Shown here: positions 11,669-24,709 of the stretch, in pieces
Layout of the letters: the number at the start of each line of letters is the position of its first letter
How positions within the stretch are numbered: the stretch's first letter is position 1
Assembly: GCF_001194135.2 (NCBI RefSeq)
Contig: NC_068986.1
Span: 103,000,336-103,035,494 of the forward strand
DNA length: 35,159 nucleotides
DNA from: Octopus bimaculoides
Lineage: Eukaryota
Direction: 5' to 3'
The notes under the pieces: generated by a model
Seen by the model: only the letters and a program-made list of their open reading frames with translations
The model's database searches: none
What the model was told of the DNA's origin: nothing
Program-made: the position numbers and the translations under genes

Positions 11669-12923
11669 GCATATATACATATATATACATACATANNNNN
11701 NNNNNNNNNNNNNNNNNNNNNNNNNNNNNNNNNNNNNNNNNNNNNNNNNNNNNNNNNNNNNNNNNNNNNNNNNNNNNNNNNNNNNNNNNNNNNNNNNNNN
11801 NNNNNNNNNNNNNNNNNNNNNNNNNNNNNNNNNNNNNNNNNNNNNNNNNNNNNNNNNNNNNNNNNNNNNNNNNNNNNNNNNNNNNNNNNNNNNNNNNNNN
11901 NNNNNNNNNNNNNNNNNNNNNNNNNNNNNNNNNNNNNNNNNNNNNNNNNNNNNNNNNNNNNNNNNNNNNNNNNNNNNNNNNNNNNNNNNNNNNNNNNNNN
12001 NNNNNNNNNNNNNNNNNNNNNNNNNNNNNNNNNNNNNNNNNNNNNNNNNNNNNNNNNNNNNNNNNNNNNNNNNNNNNNNNNNNNNNNNNNNNNNNNNNNN
12101 NNNNNNNNNNNNNNNNNNNNNNNNNNNNNNNNNNNNNNNNNNNNNNNNNNNNNNNNNNNNNNNNNNNNNNNNNNNNNNNNNNNNNNNNNNNNNNNNNNNN
12201 NNNNNNNNNNNNNNNNNNNNNNNNNNNNNNNNNNNNNNNNNNNNNNNNNNNNNNNNNNNNNNNNNNNNNNNNNNNNNNNNNNNNNNNNNNNNNNNNNNNN
12301 NTATATATATATATATGTGTGTATATATATGATTCTTATGGTATAATCAGAAATTTCAACCTAGCTCTGAAAAGATAAGTTGGTTCTTCTTTTAGATAGC
12401 AAATTTGCCCCTCGCGATGATTATCTCACAGATTTACGTCAAATATTTTGTAAATTTTAAATAAGATATAAAATCGCCATTATTGAATCTGTGTATTTCT
12501 TTTATAATACATTGATCCTTGTAATTCAATATATTAAAAGGAAAATTGGGGTAGAAAATCTAATATACATTACATCGTGCATTGTCGTAAGAAATCTATA
12601 CATGTTATATCGTTGAATATTTTTATGTGTATGTTTGCGTATGGCTGTGTATGTATAAATATGTGTGAGTCAGAACGAGAGACAAAGAAAAATTCATATT
12701 ATGACTGTATATTCTCATATTTGAACGTATTCGTATACGGGGTTGCCGACAGAGGAGACTGTCGCTGTTTTATTTTCTTTTCCATGCATCGTATATTAAT
12801 TTCATGATGAAGTCTATATATTTTAGAATAGAAAACACACACACACACACACACATACACACACACACAAACAAACAAACACATATAGAGATATACGCAC
12901 GTGTATGTATACATACGTGTGTG

Positions 12924-13108
12924 CATTTCCGTGGTGAATGCGTGTGTGTCCGTTTCTACATGTCACATAGTCGAGCTGTTTGCGACTAAGCCGGCAATTC
13001 ATGGATAGTAAGAATTCTGGTATTTCGTCAGACAACCTGCAGGGGGAAAATCAAGGGCTGTCAAATGTTGGTTGAATTCAGTACAGTCAGTGGCCATCCA
13101 ACTGCTGG
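12924..13108 (+). pseudogene. CTLD N-terminal remnant
   Basis: HFRGECVCVRFYMSHSRAVCD*AGNSWIVRI resembles F.G.CY.F....SW..A...C..GG.L..I and ends at a GG|GTATGT donor-like site. Confidence 0.45.
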
Positions 13109-13254
13109 GTATGTGTGACCCCCACTCTTCATTTAAATATCACTGTATAAAAAGGAAGACTTTAATATAAGACCGACAACTTTGTTTGCATCAAATGAAA
13201 GACATTTATGCGCACGGCTTTTTTCACTTGAAAAAAAAAAATAGGATTCAAATA

Positions 13255-13495
13255 CAGTTATCGGTTGATTTTCCATATCACTATTCCGTGCTGCATTGTA
13301 TGATTAACCGCAGCCGAGAAAGGCGAAACTTTCAAAGGAAACTTCTATGATGGAATGCAGGCTCGGATTTATTATCAAATAATCTGCAATATGGGTCGGT
13401 CATTGATGCTTCTTCTATGCAACTCTTGTCTAATAGGACATGCAATTGATGAAATTGCTTAAAAACACAAACATCTTTTTTATTATTATTTGCGC
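13255..13495 (+). pseudogene. Possible CTLD remnant
   Basis: KAKLSKETSMME...IIK*SAIWVGH (TGG at 13392), followed by Cys-containing pieces. Confidence 0.35.
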
Positions 13496-13539
13496 ATATA
13501 AAATTTACTGTTACTTATAAACCACATATCTATATATTC

Positions 13540-13750
13540 ATTCTTTTACTTTGTTTCATTCATTATATTGCGGCCATCGTGAGACACCAACATAAAGTGT
13601 TTCGGTTAAACAAATTGAGCTCAAATTCATTCAAAGGCTTTGTACCGCCTAAGGCTATAGAAACACTTGCCCAAGGTGTCACGCAGTGGGAGTGAATCCG
13701 AAACCACATGGTTGGAACGTGATGTGATTAACTACACAGCCATGGGCATT
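13540..13750 (-). mobile_element. SINE family C copy
   Basis: Reverse complement ATGGCTGTGTAGTTAA...CCCACTGCGTGACACCTTGGGCAAGTGTTTCTATAGCC matches the 24214 element. Confidence 0.8.
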
Positions 13751-13776
13751 TATTCCGGAATAGGAACAGATATCTG

Positions 13777-13814
<38 letters not shown>

Positions 13815-13816
<2 letters not shown>

Positions 13817-14060
13817 GATATATTTTTCACCAGTTTTTATTCAGTACAATGTAACTAAGATGGATAGGGTGTTGCAAAAATAGTCTTTCGATTGACGAAC
13901 TAGTAGAAGTCGTTGTATTTTTGAGGAAGTCACTTTATTGCATGCAGATTCAGTCCAATCAGCTGTGAATGGAAAACACTGCGACATACCAGGGTTCCGT
14001 ATAGAGGAAATGATGGCTTGCGCGCCTGGAAAACAGAGTGTTTTACAATATCAGAAAATC
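13815..14060 (+). pseudogene. Possible CTLD remnant
   Basis: TSFYSVQC, LSIDELVEVVVFLRK and CEWKTL...AWKTECFTI occur in CTLD order across frameshifts. Confidence 0.35.
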
Positions 14061-16122
14061 TAGTCAACAATAATGCTACTATTCATGCACATATACATAT
14101 ACGTAGAAGCACACATACAGACATATGTGTGTTTAAAAATGTATGTATGTATATTATCATTATTATTATCATAAGTAAAAATTAGCTTGTAACTTATGAA
14201 TTTTATATAAAATTTTAATGTATTCCTTAAGGTAATTTTTAAAATGCAGATGTTCAAACATTCAATGTTATACAAACACACACACTCACGCACACACATT
14301 TATAGACATTTATAGACGTGTGTATGTGTGTATCAATTTGTACTGCCGTATGCACACCCAGAATAGTGAAATATATCTTACAATGGTCGGACTATCATCG
14401 GCAGAATGACCATTGTAAGATATATTTGTTATCTTACTAAATTGACTTGAAACCATGGTACAGAATATAGATTGGTAAATGTTTTTATTTTTCATTCCCT
14501 TTCGAAATTATCCCTATTTTTGTGGTATGTAGTATTTTGCTGCTCTTTCTAGCGGGTCAGATGTCCTATTATAGGCATCTCTGTATTTTAAATGAATAAT
14601 ACATGGTCTATTGACTGATTTTTACTCTCGCTAGACCACTGGTGGTAAATAAAATTTCTAAAACTTTTTTGCTACCCTATAATTTATTAATAATTATATN
14701 NNNNNNNNNNNNNNNNNNNNNNNNNNNNNNNNNNNNNNNNNNNNNNNNNNNNNNNNNNNNNNNNNNNNNNNNNNNNNNNNNNNNNNNNNNNNNNNNNNNN
14801 NNNNNNNNNNNNNNNNNNNNNNNNNNNNNNNNNNNNNNNNNNNNNNNNNNNNNNNNNNNNNNNNNNNNNNNNNNNNNNNNNNNNNNNNNNNNNNNNNNNN
14901 NNNNNNNNNNNNNNNNNNNNNNNNNNNNNNNNNNNNNNNNNNNNNNNNNNNNNNNNNNNNNNNNNNNNNNNNNNNNNNNNNNNNNNNNNNNNNNNNNNNN
15001 NNNNNNNNNNNNNNNNNNNNNNNNNNNNNNNNNNNNNNNNNNNNNNNNNNNNNNNNNNNNNNNNNNNNNNNNNNNNNNNNNNNTATATATATATATATAT
15101 ATTGATAATGATATATTTTTCACCGATTTTTATTCAGTACAATGTTACTAAACCAAACCGGTTGTTCGGTTGTTTATATAAGCAGTTTTCGATTAATCTG
15201 ATGCAGAATGCGAACAGAATATTTAACTTGCAAAAAATCAGGTTTTAGTAGATGCTATCTCACTGTATTTAACGCTAAACTGTAATTTCTGTCTCTTTAA
15301 AACACTATAACCAACTGAGATGCTAGCATCTTATTTGTATTTTTATGTGTGTTTCTTGAGGATTGTACATGTGTACGTGTCTCTGAAGAACTATAAGCGC
15401 GGTCTACTTTCATACGCATAAGATTGTGTTTGCAGGGAGAGAGGTGCAATATTTGACAAAAGACATATATATATATGTGTGTGTGTGTGTGGGTGTGTGT
15501 GCGTGCGTGTGTGTGTGTGTGTGTGNNNNNNNNNNNNNNNNNNNNNNNNNNNNNNNNNNNNNNNNNNNNNNNNNNNNNNNNNNNNNNNNNNNNNNNNNNN
15601 NNNNNNNNNNNNNNNNNNNNNNNNNNNNNNNNNNNNNNNNNNNNNNNNNNNNNNNNNNNNNNNNNNNNNNNNNNNNNNNNNNNNNNNNNNNNNNNNNNNN
15701 NNNNNNNNNNNNNNNNNNNNNNNNNNNNNNNNNNNNNNNNNNNNNNNNNNNNNNNNNNNNNNNNNNNNNNNNNNNNNNNNNNNNNNNNNNNNNNNNNNNN
15801 NNNNNNNNNNNNNNNNNNNNNNNNNNNNNNNNNNNNNNNNNNNNNNNNNNNNNNNNNNNNNNNNNNNNNNNNNNNNNNNNNNNNNNNNNNNNNNNNNNNN
15901 NNNNNNNNNNNNNNNNNNNNNNNNNNNNNNNNNNNNNNNNNNNNNNNNNNNNNNNNNNNNNNNNNNNNNNNNNNNNNNNNNNNNNNNNNNNNNNNNNNNN
16001 NNNNNNNNNNNNNNNNNNNNNNNNNNNNNNNNNNNNNNNNNNNNNNNNNNNNTATACATACATACATATATATATATGCTAAATAATTTATTACTATTGT
16101 TATATGCATATATACATATATG

Positions 16123-16185
<63 letters not shown>
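16123..16185. repeat. (GATA)n microsatellite
   Basis: Directly visible. Confidence 0.95.
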
Positions 16186-16199
16186 GGAAGTTACAACAT

Positions 16200-16400
16200 T
16201 TCTTCCGCTTTGTGACTTATTTCGAGGAACTTGTTCATCTATCCTGTAATGAGGTTTGGATTTGCTTGAGTTAATGCATTTAATGTACGCTATATTTACT
16301 TTCGCTAGGTATTTTGCGTCGCGACCACTGTTATTGTCAAATCAAAAACTAATATTTTGCTATGAAAACGGTTAGTCATAAACATGTCTGCATCCATTGA
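16200..16400 (+). pseudogene. CTLD remnant
   Basis: LCDLFRGTCSSI (same spacing as C...GG.LASI), frameshift, EVWICLS (VWIGLS-like, TGG at 16257), then RDHCYCQ...HKHVC. Confidence 0.5.
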
Positions 16401-16661
16401 GCAAACTTCCGATAAGAAACATCATCTGAAATATATAGGTAACCATGGAAGTTGAAACATTCATAATTCTAAAACTCAGGTCGGCCATACATGTACAAAT
16501 ATTTCATACTGATTCATGATATATTTGCAGTAGCCATTCATATACCAATATACGACAAATAATAAAACAAATTTCGAATGGGAAATCTTACTTTTTATCA
16601 CATGTGTGCTGTACTTTAAATTGCACATTAAACTAAACAATTAATTATATACTATATATTT

Positions 16662-16920
16662 AGAGCTAGATGTAATGCAGGAGTTAACTGAAGGATGACC
16701 ATTCACTGTCTGCTGAAACAAAATTGATTTTGGAGTATATTAGTTTAAAAACAAACACGAGGGTATTGAGATAGCTAACACCATAACCTCATTATTCTCA
16801 TCACCTACGAGAATACAAAAGCAATCACTGGCGAGTCACCGAAAGAAAACCAGCCCCAGTTTTAAAATGAGATGATAAGATTGGGGAAAAATCTAATCCC
16901 GAAATATATATGCGTAAGCG
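16662..16920 (+). pseudogene. CTLD remnant in a single frame with stops
   Basis: RARCNAGVN*RMTIH...FWSIL...GY*DS...PKYICVS; Cys at 16671 and Cys at 16911 are in frame. Confidence 0.45.
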
Positions 16921-17507
16921 TGTGTGTGTGTTATTATGTTACTGCTTATTTTGCTCATGTCCCCAAAATTTTGCGTTCTAGCAAAGAGTCCGATAGAAAA
17001 CGTATTGGACGCTAAAACGATAAATACTGGGGTTGATTTCATTGACTAACTCTTCGAGGGGTGCCCAGAATGGCCGTTGTCCAATATAGGAAAGAAGTAA
17101 TAGATAACAAATAAAAGTAACAAACAATTCTTAAATAACACTGATCTGTAGACGACTTCAAGTGAAATAAACTCATACCAACTTAGAATCCCACTCATAC
17201 ACGCCTTCGCATGCTCACACACACACATGCACACGCACACACATGCACACGCACACACATGCACACGCACACACATGCTCACTCACACTTGCATTCTCAA
17301 GCAGAAATAGAGACACAAATATATGCTCACATGTGTGTATGTGCGTACGTATGTGTGAGTGTATTTTGTGGTGCACCTTTGATTATTTGCAAATCCGACA
17401 GCAAAGTCAATAACATTATATTTCGATTTCTTCCTTTAGCTCTTTATCTTCCTTTGTGTTTACACCCGACAATGTTTAAATTTTAATTCGTGTACCATTG
17501 GCAATTG

Positions 17508-17973
17508 TTAAGACCAAGCCTCTGACGTTGTTTTAAGTTTTATCAGCTATGTGTAATTCTGTTGCAACGTGGTCCGAAAATTAATTTAATGAACTGACTA
17601 TAACTATCTCATTTAAATTTTTCTTTTGGCATTAAGGGAATGGTGCACGTTAATGTGCAGAACGGGTTGTACTTTATTATTCACAGCCGTAGCATTTGAC
17701 TAAAAGATGTCCATTTAATGCTCAAGCATGCAGACACTTAGCAGAACTTTCTACAATCTCGCTCCCACCAAATGTTGCTCTGATTTGCATTTCAAAGTGA
17801 CTTTCAACCTTTGTTTATTAATATTCAAATTCAAAAGCTATCGCTTTACAGCAAGTGTTGTACACCTCTGCTTAATTGACTCATACTGGTTACAGATTCT
17901 TTTATTTAAAGTAATTCACTTTGATTAACGTCGCCGCGTAAGCCCTTTTTTTTGTTTTCTCTGTTATGAGATT
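17508..17973 (+). repeat. Paralogous block, copy 1 of 2 (partner 29757-30231), containing a CTLD remnant
   Basis: Colinear shared blocks CTCATTTAAATT, CACGTTAAT, GCATGCAGAC, CTGATTTGCATTTCAAAGTG and TAATTGACTCATAC. Translates to ACRHLAELSTIS..LICISK..LCLIDS..SPFFC. Confidence 0.8.
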
Positions 17974-18447
17974 TATAAGCACGACACACCACATGCGTCT
18001 GTGTTCGCACTTTCAAACAACTATAAGACCGATGTACATGTATACACGCATGTTATATACAGATCATATACTGATGCACACAAGCACTCAAAAGCAAACA
18101 AACATTCAGTATATGCTTATTAAGAAACATACTTGGACTTATGATCATTATATCATCAAAGTTACAGAGTACAGCAAAAATGTTCCCGATCCAATGGCAA
18201 ATACACAGCTAGCATCAATGAAGAATGTTCATGGTATTTGAAGAAAATAATGAAATATTAGTTACGAGGCTATGGCACTAACACCTGACTTACTTTCACC
18301 ACTCACACGGATGTGAAATATATCAGTGTCTGTGTGTGTGTGTGTGTGTATGTATATATGTATATATATGTATGTATATATATATGTATATCTATATACA
18401 CATAGATAAATTTATATATGTATATACATATACATATATATATATAC

Positions 18448-18490
<43 letters not shown>

Positions 18491-18507
18491 CGTGCATACC
18501 TACATAC

Positions 18508-18738
18508 GGCAGGCTGGCAGAATCGTTAGCACGGCAGGCGAAAAAATCTGTAGTGGTATTTCGTCTACCGCTACGCTCTGAGTTCAAATTCCGCCCAGGT
18601 CGACTTTGCCTTTCATACATTCGGGGTCGATTAAATAAGTACCAATTATGCACTGGAATCGATGTAATCGACTTTGTCCCTTTGTCTGTCCTTGTTAGTT
18701 CTCTTTATGTTTAGCCCTTTGTAGGCAATAAATAATTA
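18508..18738 (+). mobile_element. Near full-length SINE family A
   Basis: GGCAGGCTGGCAGAATCGTTAGC head (A-box-like), GAGTTCAAATTCC B-box, GGGGTCGAT/AAGTACCA/GATGTAATCGAC body and an AATAAA-type tail. Confidence 0.85.
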
Positions 18739-21461
18739 GATATGCTAAATACCCTATTGCATTTTGAATTTCATAAATGTATTTTTATGTGCGTATGTAT
18801 GTATATGTATATATATATGCTTATATACATTTCTATACAGATATATGAATATATATATAGACACACATGTATACACATATATATATAAGTGTATATGTAT
18901 ATATATATTCTGGCTTACCTCATAGCATATTGGTAATCTGTTCCAAAACATGCTACATCTCGGGAAGAGAAGAAAGGCTACATGTGATAATATTTGTTTT
19001 TAATTTATTATTTATTATTTAATATTATTTATTGTCTACCGGTTGCGCTACTTACACATATGGCAACCTGAGTAAAATCCTCCACACAGACTTATTATTT
19101 TTTTTTCTTCCACACAAAATTATTTTCTCTACAGAATGCCGCAGGTAGTACCAGTCTACATTGTTTACTGGTAGCGTTATTAACACATACCTACCTGATT
19201 TAAATCCTTCGCACGGACTTATTAATTTTCACTGTGTGTAGTTCAGTTCTGTTCTAGAGTTCCAGTTTTATCAGACATTTTTTCTTCAGAATCTTTTATT
19301 AAACAGAATTTATATATTTTTCACTGTGTTGTTTAGTTCTGAGTTAGTTCAAATAGTTCTTCAAATTTTTCACTGTGAAAAATTCGACATTCCTCTGAGC
19401 GTTCGTAACCATTTCCACACTCCTACCAGCGTTCGTAACCTCGTTACCACTGTCATAACGACACCGTTATACAGTGGGGGTGTCCTCGTCGCCATTGATA
19501 TGCACTGCATTATGATGACGTATTTCGTCGACTGCGTGGCTGGACCGAACGGCATACCTAGCTGACTGACACAACTTGCTGTCTGACCACTATTTATCAG
19601 TAGTGGAACAGCCTACTTCTCACTTAGGGGTATTAGCCACAACACATATACAACAAATGAAACATGCAGTGGAAAATAATGTACAAGGGCACGTGATCAT
19701 CACTTCCCGATGTGAGTATTAGTCGCACAGTCCATGCATAAATTTCTATATCACCAAGTATCTGTCCCTTAATTAGGCTCACTAAACATGACACATATTG
19801 AACGTTAGCAATAATTAATTACCAAAGTTAAACTTCTAATTTTCTACTCAATTGCACGCTTGAAATAACCCCACACTCACTTCGTATTATTGTGTAATCT
19901 AAAGCTGCATTACACGCGTTTAATTAATATTTTGTATTATTACCCTGCCAAAGCAAATATCTAATACGTCTTCCATTTTACTTTCATATACTTTTTCTCC
20001 ACTCATATTTGAAACTTCAAGCGCACATTGCTTCATTACAACCGGCTGCGGAAATTATACAACGTTTCTTTCAGCAACAAATGATACTGTTATTGTTTTT
20101 TCCGTAGCCTTCTCTTTTAGTCAAGGGGGTTTACAGCGTTCCCTGTCTAAAAATTTCTGTCTCTACCACTGCCAACGTAATCTCATCAAAAATAACGTCT
20201 AACTTGTATATCCTGCAACTTTCACATGTTTTTCTAAGTATCTCTAATTTCACATGAATATATATCGGTCCATATAAATTCTGTTTGGTCATATCCATTG
20301 ATATATTGTTGCAATATTTATGTGTTACCGCGATCGACATTTACCGCAGTGTATTACATATATTAAATTATTAGGCTTAAGTCTATTCGATTATCCTTCA
20401 CCGATGATAAACAACAAACGAATGATAAGACTGGTAAAAGCATTACTGCATACCAATACTTACAGCTACAAATATATTTCCAAGCATTATATTCCCCATA
20501 CAATCTGTGATACTAAATATCATATATTTATAAATATATTTATTATATTTTTTTACAACAAATTAAATTTGCTAACATCATATAGTTCCACCAGGCTATT
20601 TCATTCGTTCTCAAACATTTTTGTTTTAACCTTTACAGTAGTGATTTTAAGTACAAACTGCATATTAAAAATAGAATACACGCACTCACACACTCACGCA
20701 TATATATATATTGTATAGTTTAAAATTGTGTGTATGTGTATGTATATATANNNNNNNNNNNNNNNNNNNNNNNNNNNNNNNNNNNNNNNNNNNNNNNNNN
20801 NNNNNNNNNNNNNNNNNNNNNNNNNNNNNNNNNNNNNNNNNNNNNNNNNNNNNNNNNNNNNNNNNNNNNNNNNNNNNNNNNNNNNNNNNNNNNNNNNNNN
20901 NNNNNNNNNNNNNNNNNNNNNNNNNNNNNNNNNNNNNNNNNNNNNNNNNNNNNNNNNNNNNNNNNNNNNNNNNNNNNNNNNNNNNNNNNNNNNNNNNNNN
21001 NNNNNNNNNNNNNNNNNNNNNNNNNNNNNNNNNNNNNNNNNNNNNNNNNNNNNNNNNNNNNNNNNNNNNNNNNNNNNNNNNNNNNNNNNNNNNNNNNNNN
21101 NNNNNNNNNNNNNNNNNNNNNNNNNNNNNNNNNNNNNNNNNNNNNNNNNNNNNNNNNNNNNNNNNNNNNNNNNNNNNNNNNNNNNNNNNNNNNNNNNNNN
21201 NNNNNNNNNNNNNNNNNNNNNNNNNNNNNNNNNNNNNNNNNNNNNNNNNNNNNNNNNNNNNNNNNNNNNNNNNNNNNNNNNNNNNNNNNNNNNNNNNNNN
21301 NNNNNNNNNNNNNNNNNNNNNNNNNNNNNNNNNNNNNNNNNNNNNNNNNNNNNNNNNNNNNNNNNNNNNNNNNNNNNNNNNNNNNNNNNNNNNNNNNNNN
21401 NNNNNNNNNNNNNNNNNNNNNNNNNNNNNNNNNNNNNNNNNNNNNNNNNNNNNNNNNNNNN

Positions 21462-21518
<57 letters not shown>

Positions 21519-21589
21519 CATACATACATATGGTGTGTGTATGTCTATGTATCTATCCGTACTATGAAGTGTGTGCGTGGGAATGAATG

Positions 21590-22850
21590 GCAACGAGCAT
21601 GATAGGAAATATTGGTCATTTATGGGAATCACTGCCTCAATCCTAATTGATTATCGATCTGTTTTGGATCGCCAACGATACCTTGTAACGAAAATTTCCT
21701 ATATTCCTCTCTGTGGCCAGTATAGAAGCCCCTATCTCTTTGTGATATTACTGCACTTCAGCATGTGTATGTGGAAGGAAAACGCATTTCGAGTCAGGTG
21801 TTCATTCCGTTGGATCGTACTCCCCATGGAGTTGTCACTTCATTTGGCACACGGTTTTTGGTAAACGACGTATGTCCGGGGACACTTGCTCCTGTCACGG
21901 ATATGATAGTTTAGTAGAGTACAGGGTTGCTGTTCCGCGCAAGATCTCTCCGCTGACCAGGTATAAATACAGTGTTCTAGCCTGCCTTCAGGATCCAGTC
22001 TTTAAGGCCTACAGTCTATTTCTTACTTATACTGACCAGAGCACAGTACCTACCGTACATGCACCTATTTCACGTGCATATAGATGGCATTCCTATGCTC
22101 ATTTCCTTCCATGAGGATGCCACCGTAACACTGAAGACTTATAATAATATCGACCAACACATTAAGCTCGCAATCGAACCCCCTGGCCACGAAGAATCAC
22201 AGTCCATACCCGACATCCGATTAAGCATTACGGACCGTGTGGGTGGTAATTAATACAAAGTCCCACCCACCAGCGCTAAGTTCGGCTTCACGTGGAACGT
22301 AATCCAAAACAGACGTTGTGAAAGCGCCAGCTGCAATACACGAGTGACCCAGTTGCTGAAGATTCTGGAATGAACAATTACCCAGCGTCCTTTACCAACA
22401 CTGCACGAATAGGAGTCAAACAAACGTAGCAATAGGAATCTCTCTAGAACATGTTTCCTGAAGATTTCTCGCATTAGTGAGAGGACCACCACTACCTTCC
22501 ATAAAGCTATTTACAAGGAAAATTTCCACGTTTTATTGGCCCACTCGCGACCATCTCTAAGTAGAGGCCTGTCAACGAAGAGATTTCACACGAAACATTA
22601 GTGAACTCTCATCCGTGATACGAGCACGTGTCTGCCGCCATACGTAGTTTACTAAGTACGTTGTACAAATGCGTTGACTATTACATAGATAGTACGATCC
22701 CACAGCAAACGCATCTTCCTCCCGTAGGGGCATACTCGAATGCGGTAACACCACCAACGAAGCAGTCTCCTCCATATAGGTTACAGGCTGCAATATAGTA
22801 AGCTCAATAATCGAACGCATTTGGGCCGGTGCCAAGTATAAATTATGAAT
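21590..22850 (+). mobile_element. Decayed Penelope-like element, RT region and probable endonuclease remnant
   Basis: WSFMGITA (VSFDV.A-like), VLPMELSLHLA (G.PMGSPLS..LA-like), a degenerate RYVDDT-like segment at ~21865-21890 and LKTYNNIDQHIKLAIE...PDIRLS (LN.I...IKFT.E...LD-like). The downstream endonuclease match is weak. Confidence 0.65.
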
Positions 22851-23053
22851 CTTCCCCAACTTCGCTGCTGACACGACAAACATTTTCGTCGTCACTCCTA
22901 CTATGATTATTGTTGTTGCCTTCCACCAACTTATCACCGACTATATTATTAAGGCATGGGCCACAATCGTCATCACCGATAATTAACACATCATATACCG
23001 TGACCATCAACAGCACCAATGCAGGCAGTCATCTTCACCACCGCTGCTGTCGA

Positions 23054-23158
23054 AATGCAACTCGCTATACACCACCAGCCTCGCTATGTTCTCTACCGGC
23101 ACCGACAAGGCCAGTTTAGGTGACAGCTGCTGCTAGCATAGTCAATGGACAAAGCAGA
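23054..23158 (+). repeat. 105-bp segment repeated at 25669-25773
   Basis: Ungapped alignment by eye, about 11 mismatches, mostly transitions. Confidence 0.9.
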
Positions 23159-24064
23159 GCAATCTAAATGGCAAGATCTACATAAAGACACATTTCTTAA
23201 CAGCATTCTTCTTTTGTTGAGGCCAAACCGTGTTAAGGTTATTCAACTTTTCCTCTTTGCATTATTAGAAGCTGTCACATTTCTCATTTAAATTATTACT
23301 TTTATTACTCATTTTCCATGGCTTATACTAAGGCTACTGAATCCCACCTTGGAGTTGTATAGTGCTCCTTGTGATATCAATCGAAGCCTTACGAATCCAC
23401 TTTTATTTCAGGATAACATACTGGCTAAGATCCTGCATGATGCGTGAATGAAGTGATTACCAGGATTATAATTATCCCCTCAATCCATACATACATACAT
23501 ACATACAAACATACATACATATGTACACGCATGCATACACACGCATTTATACATACACTTACATATACACATATATATATATATATTTACCTTTGTGTGT
23601 GTATGTATGTATGTTAGTTGTATATATGTATACAACTCACAGTGTATATATATTTATAAATTTGATATATTTGTATGAGCTCTTGTGTGCGCATATTCAG
23701 GTATGCGTGTGTGTATATATGTGTAGGTATATGAACGATTATACGTGTGCGTCTCTGTGTGTGCGCGTGTGAGTGTGTATGTGTGTGTGCATGCGTGTGT
23801 TTTCTTTGTGTGCTACACTAGTCAAACCATTATTGACTCACGCAGTCTATAACAAGAATAAATTATGGCCTGATCTAGGTCTCAGATATTCAGTAATAAC
23901 ATAAGAACAATACCACACAAAGCCTTTAATTGTCACTTAATTGTCAAAGTTCGTAAGAAAACCTACCAATAATATAATCCCACAAGCACAAAGTAATACT
24001 CTTTTCAGCTGAAATACGTAGATTATAAAGTCAAGGTTTTGCCATTTCAAATTCATTTATAATG

Positions 24065-24185
24065 CTGTATTGTCTAATCGTTAAATACACCAAAAATAGA
24101 ACCTGGCTACCAAGTTATTTACGTGCCATGTGTATTATCATCCCCATACTTACAGCACCAGAAAGTAATCAAACCCAACTTCCAA
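24065..24185 (+). pseudogene. CTLD N-terminal remnant just upstream of a SINE insertion
   Basis: YCLIVKYTKNRTWLPSYLRAMCIIIPIL resembles CY......TW..A...C. Confidence 0.45.
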
Positions 24186-24213
24186 TTTAATAATTTCACT
24201 GATTTGTGTACAT

Positions 24214-24448
24214 ATAGGCGCAGGAGCGGTTGTGTGGTAAGTAGCCATAGGCGCAGGAGTGGCTGTGTGGTAAGTAGCTATAGGCGCAGGAGTGGCTGTG
24301 TGGTAAGTAGCTTGCTTACCAACCACATAGTTCCGGGTTCAGTCCCACTGCGTGGCACCTTGGGCAAGTGTCTTCTACTATAGCCTTGGGCCGACCAAAG
24401 CATTGTGAGTGGATTTGGTAGACGGAAACTGAAAGAAGCTCGTCGTAA

Positions 24449-24513
<65 letters not shown>

Positions 24514-24672
24514 TGTGTTTGTCCCGGTATCCTAGCGGTTCGGCAAAAGAGACCGATAGAATAAGTACTAGGCTTCCAAAGATTAAGTCCTAGGGTCGAC
24601 TTGCTCGACTAAAAGCGGTGCTCCAGCATCGCCGCAGTCAAATGACTGAAACAAGTAAAAGAGTAAAGAGTA
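24214..24672 (+). mobile_element. SINE family C with a triplicated 33-bp 5' end and an internal (TA)n(TG)n tract
   Basis: Head units at 24214-24246, 24247-24279 and 24280-24312; B-box GGTTCAGTCCC; CORE-like GGCACCTTGGGCAAGTGTC; tail ...GACTGAAACAAGTAAAAGAG. Confidence 0.9.
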
Positions 24673-24709
24673 TATATAAATGCTGGCAGTTGTCATAGAA
24701 ACTTTTCAA

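Noticed and set aside
13860-14035. Minus-strand exon-like frame (IRNPGMSQCF...ACNKV), and similar frames at 6260-6410, 6890-7000 and 32730-33300 that looked like ricin-B lectin repeats
   Set aside because: Most of these overlap segments that carry CTLD-like motifs or splice-like sites on the plus strand, with much more specific motifs (FKWQDGS, TWEEA) at 32730-33300. Best read as antisense shadows; an HMM search for Ricin_B would settle it.
23110-23145. Second hammerhead ribozyme in the 105-bp repeat (nested hairpin GCTG-CTGCTAGCA-(C/T)AGTC)
   Set aside because: Neither copy has CUGANGA or GAAA boxes flanking the hairpin on either strand.
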